NCBI GenBank assembly: GCA_016748015.1
Contig: JAAOMT010000577.1
Location: 62,001-126,000 of the forward strand
Length of the DNA stretch: 64,000 nt
Reading direction: 5' to 3'
Source of the DNA: Geosiphon pyriformis uo1
Lineage: Eukaryota > Fungi > Glomeromycota
A program made the translations under genes and the position numbers. The notes under the pieces were generated by a model that did not search any database, was not told the DNA's origin, and worked only from the letters and a program-made list of their open reading frames with translations. Shown one piece after another: positions 24,966-37,100 of this stretch (its first letter is position 1; each line of letters starts with the position of its first letter).

Positions 24966-27900
24966 CAACATGCCTTTACTCAAGGATAACATTTCTTTTT
25001 CAATCATCGAAAGACTTTTTGTTCCGGTTCTTGTCTTTGAATCATTTAATATTTCTTGTTTTCACATTTTTGAAATTAATAAATTTGTAAAATCTTCTTT
25101 GAGTGTTAGTAAATCATTTTGATCACCATTTCTATTATATTAATATTATCAGCCAAAAATCTCGATCTCAAAAAAGAATCCTTGGCAAAACTGCTTTAGT
25201 GGTACTAGTTTGAATTAGAGGATTAAATATTGTCTGATATGTACATAGGCTCGTTAGACAGAATAATATTAGTGATTGAAACATACTCATTCAAATCTAT
25301 TTTTATCACGTTCCTTTTTAGTTAAACAGATTTTACCATTAGAATTTTTGATGAACTAATAAGATATTCCGTACCTCTCAATCGTTGAAAAACTGCCCCT
25401 TTTAAAAAAAAGAATTTGATGAACAATAATTTTTTCCACCTTCTAACCAATTGACGTCACCCACGAATCGGGTCTTATTAAATGGAAAGGATCGGAAATC
25501 GCCCAGATTTCGTGAAGGTCATATTTCAAAGGGAAAGAGATATAAATAAAACTCTCATTTATGCACCCAGATTGGGTGAAATTAACTATATTCAACGTAG
25601 AGAAATTCTAGATTCAAAAAATCCATCATGAAAGCACTAACAAAGAAGTCTTTCGTGATTTCTTTGTCTACTATAAATCATTTTAAACAGCTTTCAGCAA
25701 GCCAACTTTTCGCTGTCTTAAAATATCTTCAATTGAAATCAATAGGGGGCAATAAACAGAATCTATGAAATTGGGCTAAACTATGCAAAGACAATAAGTT
25801 TACCTGAATGACACACTTTTTGTGGTAAAAGTAATTTTCTTTCATACCATACAATCATTGCAATATAAGGAAATAAAAAATAAGCACATAGATTTTTAGT
25901 TTTAGATCCTTATCTATTTACAATACTAGCCTGATATTTCATCAACCATAATTGAAATCTGCAGACCCAAATATACATCCATTGGGAATTATACGATTCA
26001 TTATTAAATTTTTAGTCCAGCGAGACTTAAAATTTTTAACATGGTCTAGTTAATATCATTCCGATTAAATTCATTAAATGTGAAATCAAAACTAAATAAT
26101 AGAAAAAAAAAGCCAGACACGAACAATGCTGAAATTTTTTAATTCCACATAAATTGTAATATTTCTCAAAAGTATTACCATTAATTCTGCATTTATATTG
26201 ATATTTTTACACAATTCCCATATTTTTTAATATTAAAAATTGAACCCAATCACTTTTTTTATAGACTTAGAAATACTAAAAGCTTCTTGCAAACTTGTAT
26301 ATTATTGTTTTAAAAAAAGTAAAAAGTTAAAAACTTTTCACAAAATAAAACATGATATTGTTTTTTAAACGAATGCTTATTTTTATTTATTTTTTGAAAA
26401 ATCATTTCTATATCAGAAATGAAATGCTAAAAACCGATAATCCGAATATTTTTTACAAACAATAAATTTCTTATTAAAATGGTATGAATGTGAATCAAAA
26501 AATCAAATAATCAATCGACCGTTTTACATGTATTCAAATTCATAAAACGGGAAAATGTAAATGTTTTTAGTTAAATTGAGTTTATACCCCGCCAGAAAAA
26601 TCTAAATTCAATGAATCAAAAAAAGACATAAAATAAAGCCTTGCTCATTTAGATTTTATTCAAAAATATTAGTTAATCAACCAGAATTCCGCAGGCCATT
26701 ATATTGTTCCAGGAATAAGTGACACCAATCTGCAACAGAAGATGATGCGTGAAAACTGAGGGACGGTTGAATCTTTTAGTTTTTAGTTTATTTGATCTAA
26801 ATCAGGATTTCATGTTTCATCGCATTCATTGTTAAAGCCGCAATTGTAGGAGTTGAGATGGAATATAGAAAATTATGGTAATAATTTTAAACAAAAAGAT
26901 TTTGTTTTTTGTTGATATTTCGTAAACGAAAGGGTTTGGTGATTTTTTGGAAAAAAGATAGCATGATTAAAAAGTTTTTTCACGTTCGCAATCATTATTT
27001 TATGAAAATAAATGCTTTGATTTTTCAAGAAAAATAAAAATAAAAACTTAAAAAACCAGCAGGCAAAACAGTTTCCTTTACGTAACTTATTTCTTAGTTT
27101 CGCAAATAAAATGATCATCAAGAGAAATTTTATTAAATATATAAAAAAGATAAAAAAATAAATTTATAGTATTTAATAATATAGTTATTATTTAAAATGC
27201 ATTTTTAAAATGTGTTGGTTCTTAAAGATTAAATAAAAATTTTACAATAAAAAAAATCTCGATAATGTCGAACAAGAACAACAAGAAAATAAGTTAAACT
27301 GAGAGCAAAAAGTAGATGACCGAAAAAAATATATTTTAGAATCGAGCAATTACAATTAGCCAGAAAGGATTTAGAAGAGCAAGAAAATTTTAAGGAGTTT
27401 AAACCATTAAAAATGAAAAACTATCTTTTAGAGACAAAAAGGTTTCAAAATTTTTGGTACCCATAATTCACTTTGCCAATAAAAAAAATTCTTCTCTACT
27501 CAAGGTCATCGTATATGTCAAGAATTGTTAACACAGTGTAAAGCTTACATATTTGGTTTCATATACACCATTGAAAGTTCATTAGCGATTCTATGTCAGA
27601 AAAACCAATCAGATATTGTACGAATTTCTATGTTTCTCAGTAAAGACCTGGCGAATATTGTCCTTGGCTAGCGCAATAAAAAAAACATTAAATTCATTTA
27701 GAACATTCACCCAAATGAGATTCATTCAAAACTCCTAAGGCGTGATTAAGGTGTTCGCTATTTTAATAAGATGTTCTCATCTTAATTAGTGTATCAATTG
27801 ACTTCGAATTGGGAACAAGGACTATTCATAGCCCCAAGCTTTTGAAAAATAATATGCATTAAATAATGATTTCTTACATAATAGAGGAGGTTGTTTCCAT

Positions 27901-28407
27901 CAAAATACATTTAGATGGTTAATGTTTTCAATTTCTCCAATATCACAGCGCAAAAATTGTTAAACTTTTAGTTTCTCTCGCTTCATGTGCAAAAAACCCT
28001 AAAAATCCAAGATTATAAAAAGTTCTGGTTTGATAATGAGAGATGCTTTCTCCTCTTCTGCAACAAGTTGTATCCTTGGGCTCTTCGTCGACTTTTATTG
28101 TTATAAAGACCAGGGAATTTTTGGGAAATCTTGTTACAAAAGAATGTGATGATCCTATGATACCTAAATTAGGAAGACAGCCTCACTTTTCCTTGAATTC
28201 TGGGAACATAAGCCACAACTCATGAGCACTATCAAATTGGTGAAACATCAAAACCCAATTTTTAGACAACGTGGTTGTGCACTGTAAAACGTCACGAAGT
28301 TATTACTTTCTGCTCTTTTTTGAGAATCAAATCCCCGATTTTGAAAATCTCCAACCCTTTACAACAAATCTGAAATCTGCAGCCATATTGCATACCAGAA
28401 ATTCAAA

Positions 28408-29082
28408 ATGAACTTGCTAGAATTAGCCGAAGCTTTCTATTCTGAAGAACAGCCCGGCAAATCAGACCAAAATCTTATCGAAACATGTAACCGTTGGGTA
28501 GTTAAGAATAGGATTCCTTATGAACAAGTATTCTCAGAGCTCCTAGCCGCGGTTTTGAAATACGCGGAATATAGTTGTCTGGTTGGTTTTTTTTACCATC
28601 GTGGTCTTGGCACTCAAAAAGATCTACCAGCCGCGTTCAGTTGGTACAAGAAAGCAGCAGAAGCCGGTGACGAATTTGCACAGTATCAACTTGCTTATTG
28701 TTATCGAAAAGCACGAGGAACCCCGCGTGATTACAATTTGAGTTTATATTGGCTGAAAAAATCGGCTGAATCTGGATATGTCAATTCTCAAAGTTTACTT
28801 GGTAATGTATATTTACGAGGAGCATGGGGTATTCGAAGGGATAAGCGAAAATCATTTCTTTGGAATAAATTGGCTGCTGCTGCTGGGAATCAAGAGGCGA
28901 GAGATATGTTGGGACATTTTTACTTGGATGGACAAGGAACAGATATGGATCTTCATCAGGCATTAAGGTGGTATTCAAAAATGAATTCACCGCTGATTAT
29001 TCAGAGTGATTTTACGTTCACTTCGAATTCTCGATTGCAAAGTTTGTATTTAACAGGGCTTATCCGTTTTTACCGATCTTGA
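28408..29082 (+). CDS. Sel1-like repeat protein (224 aa)
   Basis: VGFFYHRGLGT, AQYQLAYCY, SQSLLGNVYLRG, LGHFYLDGQGTDMDLHQALRWY. Confidence 0.93.
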   Translation: MNLLELAEAFYSEEQPGKSDQNLIETCNRWVVKNRIPYEQVFSELLAAVLKYAEYSCLVGFFYHRGLGTQKDLPAAFSWYKKAAEAGDEFAQYQLAYCYRKARGTPRDYNLSLYWLKKSAESGYVNSQSLLGNVYLRGAWGIRRDKRKSFLWNKLAAAAGNQEARDMLGHFYLDGQGTDMDLHQALRWYSKMNSPLIIQSDFTFTSNSRLQSLYLTGLIRFYRS

Positions 29083-29612
29083 GAATTGTTAATTAAAAGT
29101 AGAGAGCAGTTTGAATTTTTTATCTGGGATGAATCAAAAATTTCTGCGCTTCGCATTTCATTTGCTGCAAAATTTCAATTGAAATATTTCTTATTATAAT
29201 TGGAAAAAAAATTATCCCATTATGCAAAACCTGATTTATGCACCTGCCACAAAAAGCGTTAAAAAGTTTAGCCTGCAAACGATTTTCCTTGAAAAATGGC
29301 CTTGATATCTTGATATAGATATTTTAATCTTTTAGTAGCAATTCAATATCAACCAATAACTTTAAATTGGTAGCATAATGAAAGCTACACATTTGTTTTC
29401 GATTTAAAAACTAATCAAGTTGATATCATCCTATAAATTCTGATTTTAAGCCATTGACTTGGCAATTTTTTAGCTGGGCATTTGAATGGCATTTAATTTG
29501 ATAGAAGAAATTAATCTTTTCATTAATACTGAATCAGAGTTTATGAAAAACCATCCAAGTTCCAAAAATTGAATTTAGATCTAATATTAATCCCTTTCAA
29601 GTTCTGCAAAGT

Positions 29613-29643
29613 TTATTGCCAGCGCGAATCATTATCACTGCCG

Positions 29644-29678
<35 letters not shown>

Positions 29679-31288
29679 CCCATCACGCTTCTTATGTTTT
29701 TCTTTCTTCTGTTTTCCGGGTTTGTGTTTTTCAGTTTTATGTTTATTCTTTTGGTGGTGTCCTTCGTAAAGTTTTCCGCCAACAAATCCTAAAGCTGCAG
29801 CTCCTGCCGCAATACCAGCTGTCGCCTATAATAATATTTTTTATAGATTAGAAAAGTTTGGTGAAAAAATGAAGGACTCGAGAAAATCTGGGAATTAATA
29901 GATTACCGCCCAGCCAGGACCATCGCTGTGTGGTTTTTCTGGCTTTTCAGATTTACCACCTTGCTGGGGAGGAGCTCCAGAATATTGAGCAGCTTGTGGA
30001 GATGGGGCACCATATTGACTTGAAAATCCACTTCCAAATTGTTGATTTGGTTGGGGGCCACCATAAGGAGAACCTCCACTTCCAAATTGTTGATGTGGTT
30101 GAGGACCATAAGGAGAACCACGAGATGGCTCTACAAAACCTACAGCGGTATTTCCGCCATAAGCTCCAGCTTCTGGGAAACCAATAGCTCCTGCTGGTGG
30201 ATAGCCTGCAGGAGCAACTCCAAAAGGCGGTGAGACAACAGGAGGTGTGCCCACGCCATAAGATGTTGAAAAAGAACCACCTTGAGGTCCTAAACTTGAT
30301 GCATTAAATGCACCTGGCGATTGTTGATAAGAATGCTGTGGTGCAACAAATGAGCCAGATCCTTGCTGGAAGCCTGGATTATAATTACCACCATGTGGAC
30401 CTGCTACGGGTCCCTAGCAATTATTTTCAGAAATTCATTGAATTCGATACGCTATCATTGACCTGTAAGTAAATTAAAACCTTTGGTCATAAAATTAACT
30501 CACCTGATTTTGAAAAGCTAAAATCAAACGAATCTCGCCAGCATGCTTACCATTTGGCCTTCTAATTCCAACCACTTGATCAACGTGGCCAGATGCGAAG
30601 ACTGGCCTCAAGTCAACAACAGCCCCGCCTATCAAAATTTAATGTAAAAAGCTTATTTCAAATTAGGCAGATAACTGACAAAAAAGCTTCAACCATTGAT
30701 TCTTACCTATTATGTCATCGGTCCCAATGTCTTCATCAAACACCTCGATGTAAAGCTCGTTATTCCCCTCGATGATATTGCTATAATAAAGCGGAGGCAA
30801 ATTCATCAATTGAACTTATAACTCAATGGACGGTTCCTAGCATGAACCTCATAGGAGGTTGAAATTTTACAAATTTTTTTGGTAACTTTAGACTGGAAGA
30901 TGAAGGATAAAAAAGATAATCCAAACAATCGTCATCATCACTTACAATTTAAATGTTTCATTCCACGTCGCATTGCGGCCAGCGTCATTTTTGGTTTTGG
31001 TTTTTTGCTTATTATGCTTATCAACAGTTAAAGTCACATAAGGATCAGCTTTATCTGAAAAATTATCAGAACAATATCATTAAAATGATAATTTTAAAAT
31101 AAAAAGGCCTCTGTATAGTATTTTACACTCACCGAAAAAGTCGGTTTCCTTGAGATTTTTTGCCTCGACTTTTTGAAGAAATAACAAGTTTGAATAATTC
31201 CCATGGGTTTTTAAGTGAAAATTTTACATTCTCTTTCATTTTGATTCAAAAACTCACCCACAGTTACAGTAAGTTGACCGTAGGGCAT
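29613..31288 (-). CDS. C2-domain protein with Pro/Gly/Gln-rich tail (multi-exon)
   Basis: MPYGQLTVTV/VEAKNLKETDFF/DKADPYVTLTVDKHNKQKTKTKNDAGRNATWNETFKF/...LYIEVFDEDIGTDDIIG/...ASGHVDQVVGIRRPNGKHAGEIRLILAF, then PYG/PQ-rich repeats and a KHK/poly-Ser end; stop at 29613-29615. Confidence 0.88.
29644..29678. repeat. (CTA)n(CTG)n trinucleotide run encoding poly-Ser in the C2 gene
   Basis: ctactactactgctgctgctgctgctgctgctgct seen directly. Confidence 0.9.
30028..30120 (-). repeat. Two-copy coding tandem repeat (~45 nt), GSPYG(G)PQP(H/N)QQFGSG
   Basis: ccacttccaaattgttgat and ccataaggagaacc each occur twice. Confidence 0.85.
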
Positions 31289-31514
31289 TCTTATATTTGG
31301 CTTTAGGGCAAAAATTTCAAAAATCTACCTAGGTGAAAGTGAAGTAGGTGATAATTTATGAAGATTGGGGATGGTTCATGTATTATGCACATCTTTTGAG
31401 ATACCATAAAAATTAGTTTGATTTCAAAGCAATAATTAAAGTTCCATTTTTGCACAATTCAAACATAAATGCTATCTCCAAAAGTCTGACCAATCAAGTT
31501 AATCTATTCAATAT

Positions 31515-32131
31515 CTAGCATGATCGTTTTGCCCAACGCAAACTTTCATGACAATCCATTAGGGTGCCCATTCCAGATAAGTAACATTCACCAACAATGA
31601 TAATTTCCGTTTAACGCAGATTTCTTATACCAAAGGAATGCTTTATGACAATCCTTTTTACAACCAATGCCCTCTTCATAATGATAGGCAAGGGTTTTTT
31701 GCGCAGAATTTTGTCCTGCCTCAGCAGCTTTTTTAAACCATCGAAAAGATTCTTCAAAATTTTTTTCCGTTCCAATTCCTTCATGATAGCAGGCGGCAAG
31801 TTGGTTCTGCCCAAAAATTTCCCCATTTTCTGCTGAAATTTTGTACCACTGAAATGTAGCCTTGAAATGCAATTCCATAATGATAAAATAAACCTATTAT
31901 AAGAGCAAATTCGGTTTTCGAAATTGCTTTCAATTGAAGAAGATGAAAAATATCTTTTGGATCGAGTGATTTATCTTGACAGAATTTTTTAAGGCATTCT
32001 TGAAGGTATTCATCATATGCACCAGGATCAGGAACCAAGTTAAACGCATGCAAGAGTTCTTCAAGTATTAGCATCTCATCCTCGTGGGGGATTACAATGG
32101 TAATTTTTTCGGTATTTCCTGGTTCGACCAT
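31515..32131 (-). pseudogene. Sel1-like repeat pseudogene (two frameshifting deletions), head-to-head with IS607/Fanzor copy 2
   Basis: FNLVPDPGAYDEYL...IGLFYHYGI shifts (~31870) to ATFQWYKISAENG...GQNQLAACYHEGIGT, and shifts again (~31595) to VGECYLSGMGTLMDCHESLRW. Confidence 0.82.
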
Positions 32132-32234
32132 CCTTATTTTCAAGTTAGTAGAAAATATAGACTATTTAAGCCCAAGCAACTAGAATTGTTTTATCAATTA
32201 TCAAACTTGTGAAATTAGTAAGCCGATAACATAA

Positions 32235-33820
32235 GATAATGATATCCTGGCATGATTTTACAAAATTGCAACAATCTGCGCAATGGTCTCAAAAATTGTG
32301 GTCACCCAACGCGATAGGCTTTTGCCAATTTGCCTTCGACCTCTTCTGATATATCCTTTTTCTCCATTCTGTAAAACTCGTGGTTCTCTTCGACGATGCG
32401 ACCTCTGACAAGCATGAGCTCTCACAAGACATTTTTACCATGAACACGACGAGATTTGCTTATAATACTGTCAACTGGAGTCGACATCACCGCTTTTATA
32501 CTAAAAATCTACCTATCAGTCTATCATAACAGGCTTGGATAAGCCTCAATCCATCAAGGATAAACTTGAGCTTTAAGCGCATGTTCGGGTAGATAAAGAT
32601 GCTAATAAGCACGAAGACGAGAAACTCTGAAAAGCTGCAGTATGAGGCGAGTGCAAGTTCATGTGAATTGTTTTGTCTCTCGGAATGTTGCTTCGGGTAT
32701 GCACAGCAAAGCACCCACGAATATAATCGATGAAGCCTTTACTGTTAGGGAAGAAATGATTAAGTATAATGCAAGATCTATTAGCTCACTCTATCGTTTT
32801 GATCTTGAAAAAGATTTGTGTCAAACGATGATAACTCGTTCACAGAATTTTTCGAAAACCACATGGAGCCCTTTCTATGTCACTTATCTCCATAATCCGT
32901 TTATTCTTATTAAACGTCTTTATAAGCCTACCACCACTTTGGATAATGACAAGCGTGTTTTAGGGCCTCTTCATTTCGAAAAAAAGGCATAATAATAGGT
33001 GGCTCGTTCCTTCTAAGATAATGTTGGATGATAAGCTCACTTACTATTGCTAAATAAACGAATGGAAGTTTGTCTGGGTATACGAGATGCAAAACAGCTC
33101 CGCGAAACCAAGAGGATGGCTCTGTCCATGCAGTCTCTATTGATCCTGGACTCCATGCACCTTTTACATCGTACTCTCACACAAAAGGCATAGCAAGATT
33201 GGCGAAGAAGTTATTGGATGTATATTTCGCATTTGCAAAGTATTTGGATGATCAGCAAAAAGAATAAGTTATTAGAATCCTCAATAAAATGGCCCGGCCC
33301 CTCGATAGACGATTTTTCGGATGCGGCGAAAAGTTTACGTCTACCAGGTGAAATTCACTAGAAATCAGTTAGATTCTTTACCCGTGAGCTCGATACCACT
33401 GTCATTCCTCCTTCTGAAGTGTCGGACATGGTGAGTCGCAAGACAAGAAAGATTACACGAAAAACTTTCTGATAAATACTTTGTTATGCGCATTATTGCT
33501 TTCGAAAACGCCTGATCAGCAAGGCCGAGGAATTAGAGGTCCATGTTACTACCCAGAACGAATCTTAAATCCAAGACTTTAGTCTATGTGGCAAACATCC
33601 AAAGAATCAGAAGGTCTAAAGTGCGCAACTGCCGGGATTGTGATAGATAGAGATGAAAATGGCGCTTGGGGGACCTTCCTCCAGGGATTGCTTGATGGAG
33701 CCTTGGTCTACAGTGACCATGCAAGAAACAATATGTTTCGCGTAGTAATGTTTAATATTGCCTATTATTAATGTGTTACAATCCATCCGGTTAATCTTTA
33801 CTAAATTCTTTGTGATCTGA
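32235..33820 (+). mobile_element. IS607-like element, copy 2: degenerate TnpA serine recombinase plus Fanzor2/TnpB pseudogene
   Basis: 32283-32435: MVSKIVVTQRDRL/CQFAFDLF*YILFLHSVKLVVLFDDATSDKHELSQDIF (DRLxRF recombinase signature). Then RFAYNTV, AVSIDPGLHAPFTSYS (RuvC-I ~33130-33175), FFTRELDTTVIPPSEVSDMVSRKTRKITRKT, CYAHYCFRKRLISKAEEL...QNES, GIVIDRDENGAWGTFLQGLLDG (RuvC-III ~33635-33700). Confidence 0.92.
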
Positions 33821-33896
33821 TTATTAGAAATCAAGAAAACCGCTGGCTGGCTAATTTTTCTCCAAGAGGCCTTTTATATTTAACATATATTAAAAT

Positions 33897-34100
33897 TACA
33901 GTTTATCAATTCTCGTCCCATAAATTGCAAACCTAAGCTTTTTTTTTGCAAAATCAAAAATTCTGGTTCCAATAAAGAAAATCAATGACAAGCTTTATTC
34001 CATTTATGGAATTATATGAGCTGATAAATATACCTCTTTCAACAGTTTATGATAATATCAAAAAGCTCAAGAAAAATGGGAATATTGCAAAAAAATGATT
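33897..34100 (+). mobile_element. Tc1/mariner 5' relic (transposase HTH fragment)
   Basis: TA-CAGT at 33897 (Tc1-like terminus) followed by QALFHLWN and INIPLSTVYDNIKKLKKNGNI; no partner inverted repeat found. Confidence 0.5.
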
Positions 34101-37100
34101 AAAAGAATCATTGCAAGATATTTGATTTATATATAAGTTGAAAGATAATTATAAGTATTTTAAGATAACATCAATTTTTGTATACAATGTTATCAGTTAA
34201 AATTTGAACTAAAAGTTAGCATAAATTACTTTTAATTATTTATTTATTAGACCAAAAATAAAATAATAAAAAGATTGCTAAAATAAGTATAGTTTGAACA
34301 AAATTTGAAGAGTTTAACATGTTGAATGATTACTAAAATTCATATTTATCTTAAAAACATTTGCTGAAATCTTTGTAAAAATAATAGTGTTAAACTTAAA
34401 ATAATACAACTTAAAAATGTATTAAATCTATTTTATTACTAACTATTAACTTTGCATCAAATTTAGTTTTAATATCCATTTTTTATTATTTTATAAAATA
34501 CTTTTTATATTATTTAAAATTTGAATATAGTATTATTGTAATTACAATGATAAACAAAAGCATAAATCAATTAATTTAAAAATAATTTAATATTGAACTT
34601 CTACACAAATTGAGATTTTTTAAATTTGAAATCTTAGACTCATTACAATCCTCTAAAAAATTGATTTTTAGATTTAAAACACAATGTCTTTGCTTTAAAA
34701 AAAATGATAAATATTTAATAAATATTTAAAAAAAATTAAGTAATAAACTAAGTGGTAAATACTTTTGACTTGAATATTATTAAAAATTGATAAAACATAA
34801 TTAAAAACAATATAGAAAAACAAATCTTGAAAATTTGATTAAATTAAAAAATAGAAATATTGACTTGTTTTTTTAATATACATATATTATTATTGAATTC
34901 AGAAATTAAGTCGAATTATCAAAATATTTAACATGTAAAAGCTATATAAATATTATAAAACAATAAAATATTTTTTGTAAGATTTATTAATAAATTTTTA
35001 TTTTTATTTTTACCTTTTTTAACAAATAATTTTTTTTAAAACAACCTATTTATTTCTACTTTGCAATTAAATAAAAATAACTCAAATTACTATCAAAGAA
35101 TCTATATAGATTTTTAAAACATAATATGTTAATTCTTAATTTAAAGGATATTAATTTTTATTTTATATTAAATTTTGTAAAACAAAATTCGCGTATGAAA
35201 TAGGATGCGTAAAATAATTACATTTTTCTACTTGAATAAATGGTATTTTTTTACTCTTTCATTATAACTCATCACAAGTTATTAATTCCACCACAATACC
35301 TCTATTTTCCAAAATACTTTTTTTTTGCTTAATTGTTATAATTAAAAAATTAATGCCAAAATAATTCATAATTTAAAAAAAGTTAAACGAGTTTTCTTAT
35401 TAAAAATATCTTAAAAAAATAAAAATAAATTTTAAGCATTTATTTTTATAATAATTTTAAAAAACTCAAAGTATGTTTATACTAAATATTTAAATTTTAA
35501 CTGATTGTTAACAAAAACAAATTGTAAAAATTTTTAAGTAAGTTATATATTTTATTAATAAATTTTATATAGTGTATTGAATTATAAACAAAGTTATTAA
35601 AATAAAAGATCAAAGTTAAGATTACTCATTTTATTTTCTTCATTATTTTTATATTTAAATTATTGTAATATAAAGTTTTTTGTTATTAACTTTAATTATT
35701 CATATTATAAAGATTCAAATATGATTATAAACTCAAGATTAATATAGAAAAAAATTAAATTAACAAATATTTATATGAATATATAAATCTTGATTTTGAC
35801 ATTTACACTTTTTTCCTGGTATTTATTCACAATTAATCATGACAAGATTAACACAATTTATAATTTGCTTAGATTTTGCTTTTTATTTTTTTATTTTATA
35901 TATTATTAACCTATTTGCAAAAAATATAAGTGATAAAATAAGTTCAAGTTTGTTTGAAAAGATACATTTGATGAAATACCAAAAAAAATTGATATTATGT
36001 TTTCCTAATTTTAATAGCAAATAAATGTTAGAAAAAGACTAAGAAATAAAAAAGTGTGTAAAATGTTACCTAAAAAACATGCCAAATTTACTGAGAATTT
36101 CAATTCAAAAGACCATAACAAATTGTGATAGCATTTATATCTAAAACATACACTAATCAAATTTGCAATAAGAGCGTCTAAATGCAATAGAGGGGAGTTC
36201 CCATTAATCAAGTTTTAATTATAACTGATCGATTTGATTTATCTGTTCCCTTATAAGTTATCAAGATTAGTTTTTATATTAAACATTTAATGAAATATTT
36301 TGATTTAACAATTGATGTTTGTGTTACTTTTTACCTTATTTCAAGATTCTACAATCATTCATAAAATCAAAAGACCCAAACCAGATATCTTTTTAGTGTA
36401 TAAAAATAGCAAAGATAATATTGCATAGTTATCTGATCTTTTTTTTTGAATAACCCAAGCAAAAAATGATTGAAATCGAACATTTATAATTAATCTGACA
36501 CCAAAAGTCATTATATCTACTTATTTTTAAAACAATTCCAGCAAATAATCCAAATAAAATTAGTTGAATTAATATTCATTTCAAAAATTTATTCAAAAAA
36601 GTTCAAGGTCTTTTTAGAACATTACACAATTTTGAAAAATATAAGTTATGGAAATATTTGATGTTTGAATGTTTACAAAAACTGGATCTTCTATGGACAA
36701 GAAACATTTAAAAAGAGCTATTTTCAAAATATAAATTTCTGATATTAATAGCAAAATATTTGATTCAATATGAAACCAAATATTGTTTATTTACTTAAAG
36801 TCTTTTCCAATACATATAAAAAACGCTTTAAAGCCTTTCACTTAAAATAGTGCTTCTCTTTGTTTAAATAAATTTTCCAGTAAACCTAATTAAAAGAAGA
36901 GTAAAAATTTCCACAACTTTAAAATGTTGATGGAAATTACTTCTAAGACATGAAAGAAATCAAAATAAAGTTTTAATAATTGTCCATGAGTTTACTTTTG
37001 TTCTAAAGCCAATATTTGGACAATTAAAATTTTTTTCTGTCACTCGAAAAATTGGAGCATACAAAAAATTTTGAAAAAACGTTTGCACAGTTAATATTTT

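Noticed and set aside
27530-28230. Possible additional Sel1 remnant on the minus strand
   Set aside because: Only one short motif (HLGEC) was recognisable.
29569-29785. Poly-Leu and poly-Ala ORFs
   Set aside because: Alternative readings of the trinucleotide run that encodes poly-Ser in the last exon of the C2 gene.
32235-33820. An active Fanzor/TnpB gene or a CRISPR-Cas12 locus
   Set aside because: Every copy has stops and frameshifts; no repeat-spacer array or cas1/cas2 was seen.
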